DNA from: Planctomycetia bacterium
Lineage (GTDB): Bacteria > Planctomycetota > Phycisphaerae > FEN-1346
NCBI GenBank assembly: GCA_003170085.1
Contig: PMZT01000246.1
Location: 1-60,325 of the forward strand
Direction: 5' to 3'
DNA length: 60,325 bases
Each line of letters starts with the position of its first letter. Position 1 is the first letter of the stretch. This document shows, in pieces, positions 1-7,559 of this stretch. Position numbers and translations under genes: made by a program. The notes under the pieces were generated by a model. The model saw only the letters and a list, made by a program, of their open reading frames with translations. It made no database searches and was not told the origin of the DNA.

Positions 1-117
1 GTTGACGGCGACCGTGGTTTTGCCGACGCCACCCTTGCCGCTAAACACCAGCAGCGAGTTGTGGATACGCGGCGGCGGGGGCGAGCCGTGCTCAGGGCTC
101 GCCGGGGCGTCAGGCAT
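1..117 (-). CDS. Mrp/NBP35/MinD-type P-loop ATPase, first 39 codons only (gene runs off the left edge)
   Basis: Minus-strand ATG at 117-115, overlapping by 8 nt the stop (112-110) of the upstream ORF. Translation MPDAPASPEHGSPPPPRIHNSLLVFSGKGGVGKTTVAVN contains the deviant Walker A SGKGGVGKTT of the Mrp/MinD/ParA clade. Confidence 0.7.
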   Translation of the reverse strand, partial: MPDAPASPEHGSPPPPRIHNSLLVFSGKGGVGKTTVAVN

Positions 118-1723
118 GGTCGCACCCGCAGCAGCCGTCGGTTTTCAGACACTGGCCGGCGACCGCGAGCGCGGCTGCCTCGAGCGGCGGGACGTCGCGG
201 TCGAGGAGCGCCGGGCGGATACCGCGGGCTTCGAGGTCGGCGGCAATGCGTCGCCCCATGCCCCGGGTCACGACCATCGCGCAGTCGGCCACTGCCGCGA
301 GCACGTCCGCGTGGTCGTGGTGGAGATGCGCTTCGTTGGGTGAGTTGCTGCAGGACTGGCTGTGGCCCGCGTGCTGGTTCAGCCGCCGCTCGCTCAGAAC
401 CGGCTTGCCTTCGGTCACTTCATATATCAGGAACAACGGCGCCCGGCCCAGATGGCAGGCCACCGTCTGCTCGTCGTCACAGGTAACTGCAACTTTCATC
501 ATTTGCTCCTTTGCTTGTATGCTGACGGAGATGCCCTCCTCGCCCGTAAAGGCCTGCTCCAGGTCTGCTATCAGGTCGCGAGCATCCTCGATGCCCACCG
601 AGTAGCGGATGAGGCCGTCGGTGATTCCCGCCGCCAGCCGCTCCGAGGCCGGTACGCCAGAATGCGTCATCGATGCCGGATGCTCGACAAGTGTCTCGAC
701 GCCGCCGAGCGAGACCGCCAGCGTCGCGAGTTTCACGCGGTTCATCAGCCGCCGACCGGCCTCGATGCCGCCGCGTAACTCGAAGCTAATCATGGTTCCG
801 TATCCGTTCATCTGTCGCCGCGCCAGTTCGTGCTGCGGGTGACTCGCGAGGCCAAGGTAGCGGACCCAGGCGACATCGGGCCTGCCCTCGAGCCACCGGG
901 CAATCTCGGCCGCGCTTGCCTGCGCCCGGTCGACGCGCAACGCCAGCGTCTTCAGCCCGCGGTGCGCGAGGAAGGCCTGATGCGGGTCCATGCAGCAGCC
1001 GGTAAGCGTCATTGTTTGCCGGAGACTGTCGTGCATATCGGCATCACACGCGACGAGAACCCCGCCCACAACGTCGGCGTGCCCGTTGATGAACTTCGTA
1101 ACCGAATGGAGGACCACGTCCGCGCCCAGTTCGAGCGGACGCTGCAGGTAAGGTGAAGCGAAAGTGCCGTCCACCACGAGCGCAGCCTGGCTGAGATGTG
1201 CCAGTTCTGCGACCGCCTTGATGTCAGTGACCTGCATCATCGGGTTGGACGGCGTCTCGACGTAGATCATCCTCGTCTCCGGACGCATTGCGTCGCGGAC
1301 CGCGACCAAGTCCGACGTATCGACATAGGACGACGCGACGCCGTAGCGCGCCAGGTGCCGTTCCAGCAGCACGCGCGATGGGCCGTAGACCGAGGCAGTA
1401 CTGACGACGTGGTCGCCGGAACGCAGCAGGGCGAGAAAGGCCGTCGTGACTGCCGCCATACCTGAACTGGTCGCAACCGCCCCGGCCCCGTCTTCAAGCG
1501 CGGTGACGCAGTCCTCGAATGCGCGGACGGTCGGATTGCCGATGCGCGTGTAGATGTAGCCGTCCGACTCGCCGGCGAAGCGGCTCGCCCCCTGCTCGGC
1601 GCTGTCGAAGGCGAAAGTAGAAGTCTGGTAGATAGGCGGTACGACGCTGCCGTATTCATCTTTGGGAACGCCCGCGTGGACGAGCCTGGTCGCGAACCCG
1701 GGTTCCCTAGTGGTCACAGCCAC
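110..1723 (-). CDS. Cys/Met-metabolism PLP enzyme (methionine gamma-lyase / cystathionine gamma-synthase-like) fused in frame to a C-terminal NifX/NifB-like FeMo-cofactor-binding-fold domain
   Basis: 537-aa ORF. The first ~395 aa show YTRIGNPT, the PLP-lysine motif HSVTKFINGH and SLGGVETLVEHPASMTH. With no intervening stop it continues into MMKVAVTCDDEQTVACHLGRAPLFLIYEV..., typical of small NifX/NifB-type proteins. An internal AAGGAG-CAA-ATGATG (511-497, minus strand) is retained at the domain boundary. Confidence 0.8.
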   Translation of the reverse strand: MAVTTREPGFATRLVHAGVPKDEYGSVVPPIYQTSTFAFDSAEQGASRFAGESDGYIYTRIGNPTVRAFEDCVTALEDGAGAVATSSGMAAVTTAFLALLRSGDHVVSTASVYGPSRVLLERHLARYGVASSYVDTSDLVAVRDAMRPETRMIYVETPSNPMMQVTDIKAVAELAHLSQAALVVDGTFASPYLQRPLELGADVVLHSVTKFINGHADVVGGVLVACDADMHDSLRQTMTLTGCCMDPHQAFLAHRGLKTLALRVDRAQASAAEIARWLEGRPDVAWVRYLGLASHPQHELARRQMNGYGTMISFELRGGIEAGRRLMNRVKLATLAVSLGGVETLVEHPASMTHSGVPASERLAAGITDGLIRYSVGIEDARDLIADLEQAFTGEEGISVSIQAKEQMMKVAVTCDDEQTVACHLGRAPLFLIYEVTEGKPVLSERRLNQHAGHSQSCSNSPNEAHLHHDHADVLAAVADCAMVVTRGMGRRIAADLEARGIRPALLDRDVPPLEAAALAVAGQCLKTDGCCGCDHA

Positions 1724-2081
1724 CCCCGGTCTTGCGTCGGCAGTCTGCTCCCGGATGGCCTTTCTTGCCGCATCCCGGGCACCGGCGCGCGGTCGTCCTG
1801 ACGGTTCCGCCCTCGATGCTCAGAGCCATGCCAGAATGCAGGACCTGCGCGACCTTGCGCCGCGCGTTCTCGACGATGCGGCCGAATGTCTGCCGTGACA
1901 CTTTCATGCGGGCGGCCGCCTCATCCTGGTGCAGGCCCTCCAAGTCGGCCAGCCGCAGGGCTTCAAACTCGTCCAGCGTCAGGTTCAACCATTCCAGCCG
2001 GCACGCCGGCACGCCGGCCGGCCTGAACACGCAGGCACCGGGCTTCCCGGCGATCCTGCGGCAATTAGTTGGTCGAGGCAT
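1707..2081 (-). CDS. DUF134/UPF0251 family predicted DNA-binding protein
   Basis: MPRPTNCRRIAGKPGACVFRPAGVP...LTLDEFEALRLADLEGLHQDEAAARMKVSRQTFGRIVENARRKVA matches the DUF134 pattern (MPRP..CRR N-terminus plus a sigma-70 region-4-like HTH). The first ATG is at 2081; the ORF opens at TTG 2096. It overlaps the next ORF by 17 nt. Confidence 0.75.
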   Translation of the reverse strand: MPRPTNCRRIAGKPGACVFRPAGVPACRLEWLNLTLDEFEALRLADLEGLHQDEAAARMKVSRQTFGRIVENARRKVAQVLHSGMALSIEGGTVRTTARRCPGCGKKGHPGADCRRKTGGGCDH

Positions 2082-2101
2082 GTTGGTGTAAGTCAATCAT
2101 T

Positions 2102-2117
2102 ATAGGCATATGCCCAT
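2102..2117. promoter_or_regulatory. 16-bp near-perfect palindrome ATAGGCATATGCCCAT in the divergent promoter region
   Basis: The core GGCATATGCC (2105-2114) is a perfect palindrome. It sits between the DUF134 operon (minus) and the EamA-like gene (plus). Operator function is inferred only. Confidence 0.3.
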
Positions 2118-2208
2118 AACCAGTCAAGCGCGGCAATGCCGGGCGTCCGGAAGTCTCCCGTTACCTCCGGCGGTTGACTTTCGGATTCGGCTGCCCTAAC
2201 ATCACGTA

Positions 2209-2610
2209 ATGGACTACCGGTTGCTGTCGGTGTTTGCGCTCGTGCTGTGGGGGACATGGGGTTTCTTTGCCAAGACCATCTCTGGCAACGTTTCGCCCCA
2301 GAGTCTGGCATTCTGGAGTACCCTTGCCACGATGGTTCCGGTTGCCGTTTTCGCGCTTACGGACAGCACCGGTAAGTGGACGCGACCGCACCCGATGGCG
2401 CTCGGGGCCGGGCTCGCCTACGGTCTCGCGCTGGTGTTCTTCTTTGTCGCCCTCCGCCGGGGCCCGGCATCGGTGGTTGTGCCTTTGTCCGGCATGTACA
2501 TCCTGATTCCGGCCGTGCTCGGATTCATCTTCCTCAAGGAGCAAGTCACGGTCTCGCACATCCTCGGGCTCGTCTGCGCCGGCCTCGCGGTTTTCTTCCT
2601 GAGCCGCTAG
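2209..2610 (+). CDS. small EamA/DMT-superfamily membrane protein (about 4 TM helices)
   Basis: 133 aa and strongly hydrophobic. LLSVFALVLWGTWGFFAK and the C-terminal VSHILGLVCAGLAVFFL resemble a single EamA repeat. Confidence 0.6.
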   Translation: MDYRLLSVFALVLWGTWGFFAKTISGNVSPQSLAFWSTLATMVPVAVFALTDSTGKWTRPHPMALGAGLAYGLALVFFFVALRRGPASVVVPLSGMYILIPAVLGFIFLKEQVTVSHILGLVCAGLAVFFLSR

Positions 2611-2696
2611 GCCCGGCGCGCACCTGACACGTCCCGGCGCCCGCCTGCAATCGCAGCCTGACCAGGTCACCGCTCGTCTGCGGACCGGGAGGAGCG

Positions 2697-3698
2697 TCAG
2701 CCGCCGATGCGCAGCGGGGACGTGTCGGCTTCCGACAACGGCGCTACGCGCAGCATCCCGGTGCCGTACTCGACCGTGACTTCGGGCTGTTCCCTGCCGT
2801 CGGAAAAGCGCGCGCACAGGCGCGCGGACGTGCGCACGTCGTCTGCGGCAGTCGAGTTGAAGAGAACCGTGAGGGGGCCAACTACATCCACGGGTTCGAG
2901 GGAGGTGTCCTCGGGCCGCACCAGATTCCTGAGCGCGGCGTTCTCAAGTTCATCCCGCCCTACGATAACCCGCGCGCGCGACGGCAGGCGGAAATGCCGG
3001 CCGATGCGCAGCATCCGCATGTGGCGAGGCGTGTCATCGTTGTGCTCAAACGCCTCTCGCAGCCGGGTAGCGAACAGGCGGTCGGTAAGCAGGCAACCGC
3101 CGGCCGGACACGGGTAGTCGTTGACGCCCAACTCCGCTGCCAGCGCAATCTGTGGCTTGCGCGACCGACCGCGGATGGCAAGCAGCCGGGTGCGGTCGAC
3201 AAGGCCCTGAAGCTCGGGGACGGTCGGCTCAAGCAGGTGGGCGGACAACGGCCGCAGCAGGATTCCTTCGAGCCCCGATTCCTTCTCAATCAGCTTGAGC
3301 GCAGGCATGTGCTGGGACATCGGCCGTTCGCCCAGCACCTCGCCCGAGAAGACAAAGGCCGCGCCGATATCCCGTGCGTACTCACGGGCGCGGGAGAACG
3401 TGAACACGCGGCAATCGAGGCAAGGGTTCATGTTCCTGCCGTAGCCGTGGTGGGGGTGCTTGACCATCTCGATGTAGTCCTGGCCGGTCGGCACGACTTT
3501 GATGGGGACGTTCAACTCATGGGCGACCTTGGTCGCCTGGTGCTGGCAGCCTTTGCTCGTGCAGGTGCAGAACGGGCTCTTGTAGTTGAGCGCGTACACG
3601 TCGATGCCCTGGTCGAGCATCAGCCGGAATGCAAGGATGCTGTCGAGCCCGCCTGAGAGCATCCCGACAGCTTTGGTGCGTTCCATGAGAGCGTTCAT
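2697..3698 (-). CDS. PP-loop ATP-pyrophosphatase family protein (ThiI/MnmA-like, tRNA-thiolation type)
   Basis: PP-loop SGGLDS in AVGMLSGGLDSILAF, Cys-rich CTCTSKGC and PCLDCR motifs, and GERPMSQ. I chose the start at MNALMERTK (ATG 3698); the longer ORF to 3923 has an Arg/Pro-rich, non-coding-looking extension. Confidence 0.6.
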   Translation of the reverse strand: MNALMERTKAVGMLSGGLDSILAFRLMLDQGIDVYALNYKSPFCTCTSKGCQHQATKVAHELNVPIKVVPTGQDYIEMVKHPHHGYGRNMNPCLDCRVFTFSRAREYARDIGAAFVFSGEVLGERPMSQHMPALKLIEKESGLEGILLRPLSAHLLEPTVPELQGLVDRTRLLAIRGRSRKPQIALAAELGVNDYPCPAGGCLLTDRLFATRLREAFEHNDDTPRHMRMLRIGRHFRLPSRARVIVGRDELENAALRNLVRPEDTSLEPVDVVGPLTVLFNSTAADDVRTSARLCARFSDGREQPEVTVEYGTGMLRVAPLSEADTSPLRIGG

Positions 3699-3961
3699 CA
3701 CAGGCGAGATTCTAGACGACCGGGCCTTGATGGTCAAGACAGCGGAACGGAGAGCGCGGTCACCCGCACAGTGCGCGGGATTTGACAAGGCCGGGGCGGG
3801 GTTTATCATCATATCAGTGACTGACACTAGGTCTGCCGTGATGCGCCGGAGGCGCGTGCCGTGATTCGGGATATTTCCCGGGGCCGTGCGCCTCGGAGAC
3901 CGCGGGCAGACGTCAGTACCCACCTACGGGGTTCGACCACCAAGAGACAACAGGAGTAACC

Positions 3962-4213
3962 ATGGCCAAGTACATCATAGTCCTGAAACCCATGACCGCC
4001 GATGCGGTGAAGACCGCCTGCGCGGCCGTCATCACAGCGTCGACCGGTACCGGCATAGCATTGGACTGGGCTTACGTCGACAGGAAGAGCAACCAGCCGA
4101 TATGCTGCTGGGATGCGCCGGACCGCAAGAGTGTCGAGGAGCTGTTTCGGCGCGCCGGCCAGCAGATAGAGAACCTGCGCGAGGTGGAACTCTACAAGGC
4201 ACCCCGCGGGTAG
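3962..4213 (+). CDS. small DUF4242-like protein
   Basis: 83 aa, preceded by AGGAG. MAKYIIV...ICCWDAPDRKSVEELFRRAG resembles the DUF4242 pattern (..iyCvyeApd.eair.h..raG). This is a weak call. Confidence 0.4.
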   Translation: MAKYIIVLKPMTADAVKTACAAVITASTGTGIALDWAYVDRKSNQPICCWDAPDRKSVEELFRRAGQQIENLREVELYKAPRG

Positions 4214-4427
4214 AGGTGCCGGAGTAGCAAATGCTCTCAACTTCCGGCCAGACGTGGGTCACGGCGACGCGGGAAACCGGCCGCGTCAGCTTGACTTGGT
4301 CGGCCCGGGTCATATGATTTGCGGATGGTCAGCCTGATGTTCTGTCGGCGTGTGAGGCCGATACCATGACTCGGTCGAACCGCTGGGGCCGTGCGCCCCG
4401 GAGACCGGACGACGCCAGGGCAGTACC

Positions 4428-4455
4428 CAGTTTGCAGTTTGCAGTTTGCAGTCCC
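4428..4455. repeat. 7-bp tandem array (CAGTTTG)x3 plus one degenerate unit
   Basis: Read directly: cagtttg cagtttg cagtttg cagtccc. Intergenic. Confidence 0.9.
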
Positions 4456-4538
4456 CGAAATCCAAACACAACCTTAGATAGACAAGCGGCATGATTGACC
4501 GGCTTTGTGCCGGCAGTTTGCCGGCTCGGAATCTCAGA

Positions 4539-4565
4539 ATAGGCCCTATAGGGCCTATAGGACCT
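4539..4565. repeat. 9-bp tandem array ATAGGCCCT ATAGGGCCT ATAGGACCT containing a perfect 18-bp palindrome (4540-4557)
   Basis: TAGGCCCTATAGGGCCTA equals its own reverse complement. It ends 22 nt before the methyltransferase ATG, so it may act as an operator. Confidence 0.85.
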
Positions 4566-4579
4566 GTGCCAGAGGAGGC

Positions 4580-5374
4580 ATGATGTTGAAGAGGACCGAT
4601 TTTAAAGAAGGCGACGTACAGGGATTTTACAGCGGCCCGGCCGGGTCGTTGTGGGAGCTTTGCATGACTGAGGAAATCCACTCGGGCGGCAAGGAAACCA
4701 CCAACGTGCTGGCCAAGGCCCTGGGCCTGAAGCCTGGTATGCACGTTCTCGATGTCTGTTCGGCGCTGGGCGCGCCGGCCCGCCATATCGTGAAGGACCA
4801 CGGCGTTCGGGTCACCGGGCTCGACTTCACGTCCGCGTACGTTGAGGAAGCCAACAAGCGCACCAAGGCCGCCGGGCTCGACAAGTCAATCTTGTTCGTG
4901 CGCGGCAACGCGATGGACATGCCGTTCCCGGCCGAGACGTTCGACATCATCTGGAGCCAGGAGGCGTGGTGCCACGTGCTCGACAAAGACAAGCTGATTG
5001 CCGAAGCGTTCCGCGTGCTCAAGCCGGGTGGGAAGCTCGGTTTCACCGACTGGATTGTCACCGGGCAAATCGCCGACGCCGAACTCAAGCCGCTGATGGA
5101 GATGATGGCCTTCCCGAACATGCAGAGCTTCACCGGCTGGCAGGAGGCGATGAAGAAGGTCGGGTTCAAGGTGCTTGACGCCAAGGATGAGACCGAGGCA
5201 TACGCCCGCTGCTGGGATGACTACGTCCGCATCGTCACCAAAGACGCCAAGGATGGAATCATCAAGGCCAATGGCCCGGACATCTATGCGTTTGCCGAGA
5301 AGCTCGTGACCGACTGGCGTGCGGCTGCCTACGCGCACAAGGTCGGCAGAGGGTTCTACATCGCGCAGAAGTGA
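4580..5374 (+). CDS. class I SAM-dependent methyltransferase
   Basis: GAGGAGG lies 5 nt before ATG 4580. Motif I VLDVCSALGAP, post-I VTGLDFT, and FDIIWSQEAWCHV...LKPGGKLGFTDW are typical of the Methyltransf_11/25 type. Confidence 0.8.
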   Translation: MMLKRTDFKEGDVQGFYSGPAGSLWELCMTEEIHSGGKETTNVLAKALGLKPGMHVLDVCSALGAPARHIVKDHGVRVTGLDFTSAYVEEANKRTKAAGLDKSILFVRGNAMDMPFPAETFDIIWSQEAWCHVLDKDKLIAEAFRVLKPGGKLGFTDWIVTGQIADAELKPLMEMMAFPNMQSFTGWQEAMKKVGFKVLDAKDETEAYARCWDDYVRIVTKDAKDGIIKANGPDIYAFAEKLVTDWRAAAYAHKVGRGFYIAQK

Positions 5375-5473
5375 CGTACAACCGAGCCCAGGGCTGAGCG
5401 TGATGCGTGCGGGCGGCACGCGCCTCGGTGCCGCTCGCACGCTTCAGCCCGCGAACACGGGATTGAGAAGAAC

Positions 5474-6742
5474 ATGACTGAGCACGGCCAATTGCTAGCC
5501 GAACTGGGCCTGAACGTCCCGCTGCACGACGAACTGTCGAGGGCCACTGAGCGGTCGTTCCAGCGCACCATCGGCGCGCAGCAGAACCGGCCGAAGGCGA
5601 TGGCGTACTTCGACGGCGTGCTGCACGGCGCGCACGGCGGCCGCATTGCCGAACTGGTGGCGGCCCGTGCCGCCGGGCGCAAGGTCGTCGGCACGTTCTG
5701 CGTCTATGTTCCCGAGGAAATTGCGCTGGCCGTCGACGCGATACCCATCGCGCTGTGCGGGGGCTCGCAGTTCACGGTCCCCTACGCGGAGAAGACGTTC
5801 CCGCGCGACATCTGTCCGCTGGTGAAATCGACGCTGGGTATGGCGTTCGCGAAGATATGCCCATACGGGCCTATTCTCGACTACACGGTCGGCGAGACGA
5901 CCTGCGACGTGAAGAAGAAGACGTGGGAAATCCTCGCCGACGATACGTTCCACGTGATGGAGGTGCCGCAGAAGAAGGAGGCCATCGACGTCGAACTCTG
6001 GCGCAAGGCCGTGCGCGAGTTCAGGGACAAGATGGAGCAACTCACCGGGAAGAAGGTTAGGACAGAGCGGCTGGCCGAGTCGGTCCGGGTTATGAACGAC
6101 AAGCGCCGGGCCCTCCAACGCCTGACCGAGTTGCGCAAGGCCGACCCGCCGCCCATTTCCGGGCTGGACGCGTTGGCCGTGATGCAGGGCGCGCTGAACG
6201 ACGAGCCGGTGCGGTTCACGCAGAACCTTGACCGGCTCAACGCCGAGCTGGTCGAGCGCGCAGCCGCGGGTGTGTCGCCGTTCAAGCAGGGCACGAAGCG
6301 GATCATGGTCTCGGGTTGCCCGTCGGTGATGGGCAACTGGAAGGTGCATCACCTCATCGAGGCGGCGGGCGCCGCCATCGTGGTTGACGAATCATGCACC
6401 GGAACGCGCTACTTTGAGAATCTGGTCGGCGATGCCGCGCAAGACCTGGATGCGCAGTTGGCCGCGATTGCCGACCGCTACCTGAAGATTAACTGCTCGT
6501 GCTTCACTCCGAACAGCGAACGGCTGGATGATGTGAAACGGCTGGCACGAGACTTCAGGGTCGACGGCGTCGTCCAGTACGTCCTGCAGTACTGCCACAC
6601 CTACAACGTCGAGGCGATTCGGGTTGATGCTGCGCTCAAAGCGGCAGGCATCCCGTCGCTCAAGATTGTGACCGACTACTCCGAAGAGGACTCAGGCCAG
6701 CTCCGAACGCGCATTGAGGCATTCCTGGAGCAACTGGGCTAG
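5474..6742 (+). CDS. 2-hydroxyacyl-CoA dehydratase / benzoyl-CoA reductase (HgdB/BcrC) superfamily Fe-S protein, stand-alone subunit, double-cubane-cluster-protein-like
   Basis: 422 aa. GRKVVGTFCVYVPEEIALA, ETTCDVKKK and DESCTGTRY are present, and the C-terminal DYSEEDSGQLRTRIEAFLEQL is shared with the two Hgd-like ORFs at 16830 and 17939. It is Cys-rich and has no adjacent partner subunit. Confidence 0.7.
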   Translation: MTEHGQLLAELGLNVPLHDELSRATERSFQRTIGAQQNRPKAMAYFDGVLHGAHGGRIAELVAARAAGRKVVGTFCVYVPEEIALAVDAIPIALCGGSQFTVPYAEKTFPRDICPLVKSTLGMAFAKICPYGPILDYTVGETTCDVKKKTWEILADDTFHVMEVPQKKEAIDVELWRKAVREFRDKMEQLTGKKVRTERLAESVRVMNDKRRALQRLTELRKADPPPISGLDALAVMQGALNDEPVRFTQNLDRLNAELVERAAAGVSPFKQGTKRIMVSGCPSVMGNWKVHHLIEAAGAAIVVDESCTGTRYFENLVGDAAQDLDAQLAAIADRYLKINCSCFTPNSERLDDVKRLARDFRVDGVVQYVLQYCHTYNVEAIRVDAALKAAGIPSLKIVTDYSEEDSGQLRTRIEAFLEQLG

Positions 6743-6800
6743 CGTGAGCGCTGGATTAGAGACCGACAGAGTATTCGTTAAGGACCAAAGGAGGCAAGAC

Positions 6801-7559
6801 ATGAACCGAGCATGTGGAACCGCTGTTGTGGCGGCACTGCTGCTTGCGCAGGCAGCAGGCGCGGCCGTGATACCGACAATCGGCGGCGACCTCGGGGCGC
6901 AGTCGAAATACGTGTGGCGGGGAGCCGTGTTCAATCCCAGCCCGGTCCTATGGCCGGATGTCTGGGCAACCTGGAACGGGATAACCCTCACCGGCTGGAC
7001 CTCGTTCAACCTCGCCGATAACACCCTTTACAATGACCCGGCGTTCAAGTTCACTGATGTGGACGTATTCCTCGAATACGCCCATACGTTCGGCCGGGTG
7101 ACCGGTACGCTCGGATACGCTCAGTACATGTACCCGGGTTACTTGAGCGCCTTTCCATCAACGGGTGAGGTCTACCTGAAGGGTAAGGCCGACCTGAAAG
7201 TGCTGCAGGCGGGCGTAGCCGCCAATCTGGACGTGATTCACGTGAAGGGGTTGTACGTTTCCCCAAGCCTGTCGCGGTCACTTACGCTGGGCCCGGTCAC
7301 GGGCACGCTGGCGGTGTCGCTCGGCTGGGGCACGGAGAAGCACAACGAGTACTACTACGGGGCCGACAAGGCCGCCCTCACCGACCTGACCGGCGGCTTG
7401 AACATCGCCTGGACTCCGCCCGGCTGCTGCGGTAAGTTCATGACCGTGACCGCCAACGGCGGTTACGCGCAACTGCTGGGCGTCTACACCGAAGGAACTA
7501 AGAGCAACGTCTGGGGCGGGCTGACGCTTAACTTCTTCTACACGCCGGGGAGCAGGTGA
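6801..7559 (+). CDS. outer-membrane beta-barrel protein, TorF/Gcw_chp-like putative porin
   Basis: GGAGG precedes ATG 6801. Signal peptide MNRACGTAVVAALLLAQAAGAA, alternating beta-strand pattern, SKYVWRGAVF...GWTSFNL, and an aromatic-rich C-terminal strand LTLNFFYTP. Confidence 0.5.
   Translation: MNRACGTAVVAALLLAQAAGAAVIPTIGGDLGAQSKYVWRGAVFNPSPVLWPDVWATWNGITLTGWTSFNLADNTLYNDPAFKFTDVDVFLEYAHTFGRVTGTLGYAQYMYPGYLSAFPSTGEVYLKGKADLKVLQAGVAANLDVIHVKGLYVSPSLSRSLTLGPVTGTLAVSLGWGTEKHNEYYYGADKAALTDLTGGLNIAWTPPGCCGKFMTVTANGGYAQLLGVYTEGTKSNVWGGLTLNFFYTPGSR

Noticed and set aside
4265-4287. Hairpin GACGCGG-N8-CCGCGTC after the DUF4242-like gene as an intrinsic terminator
   Set aside because: The stem is short and no U-tract follows, so it is not distinguishable from background GC-rich dyads.
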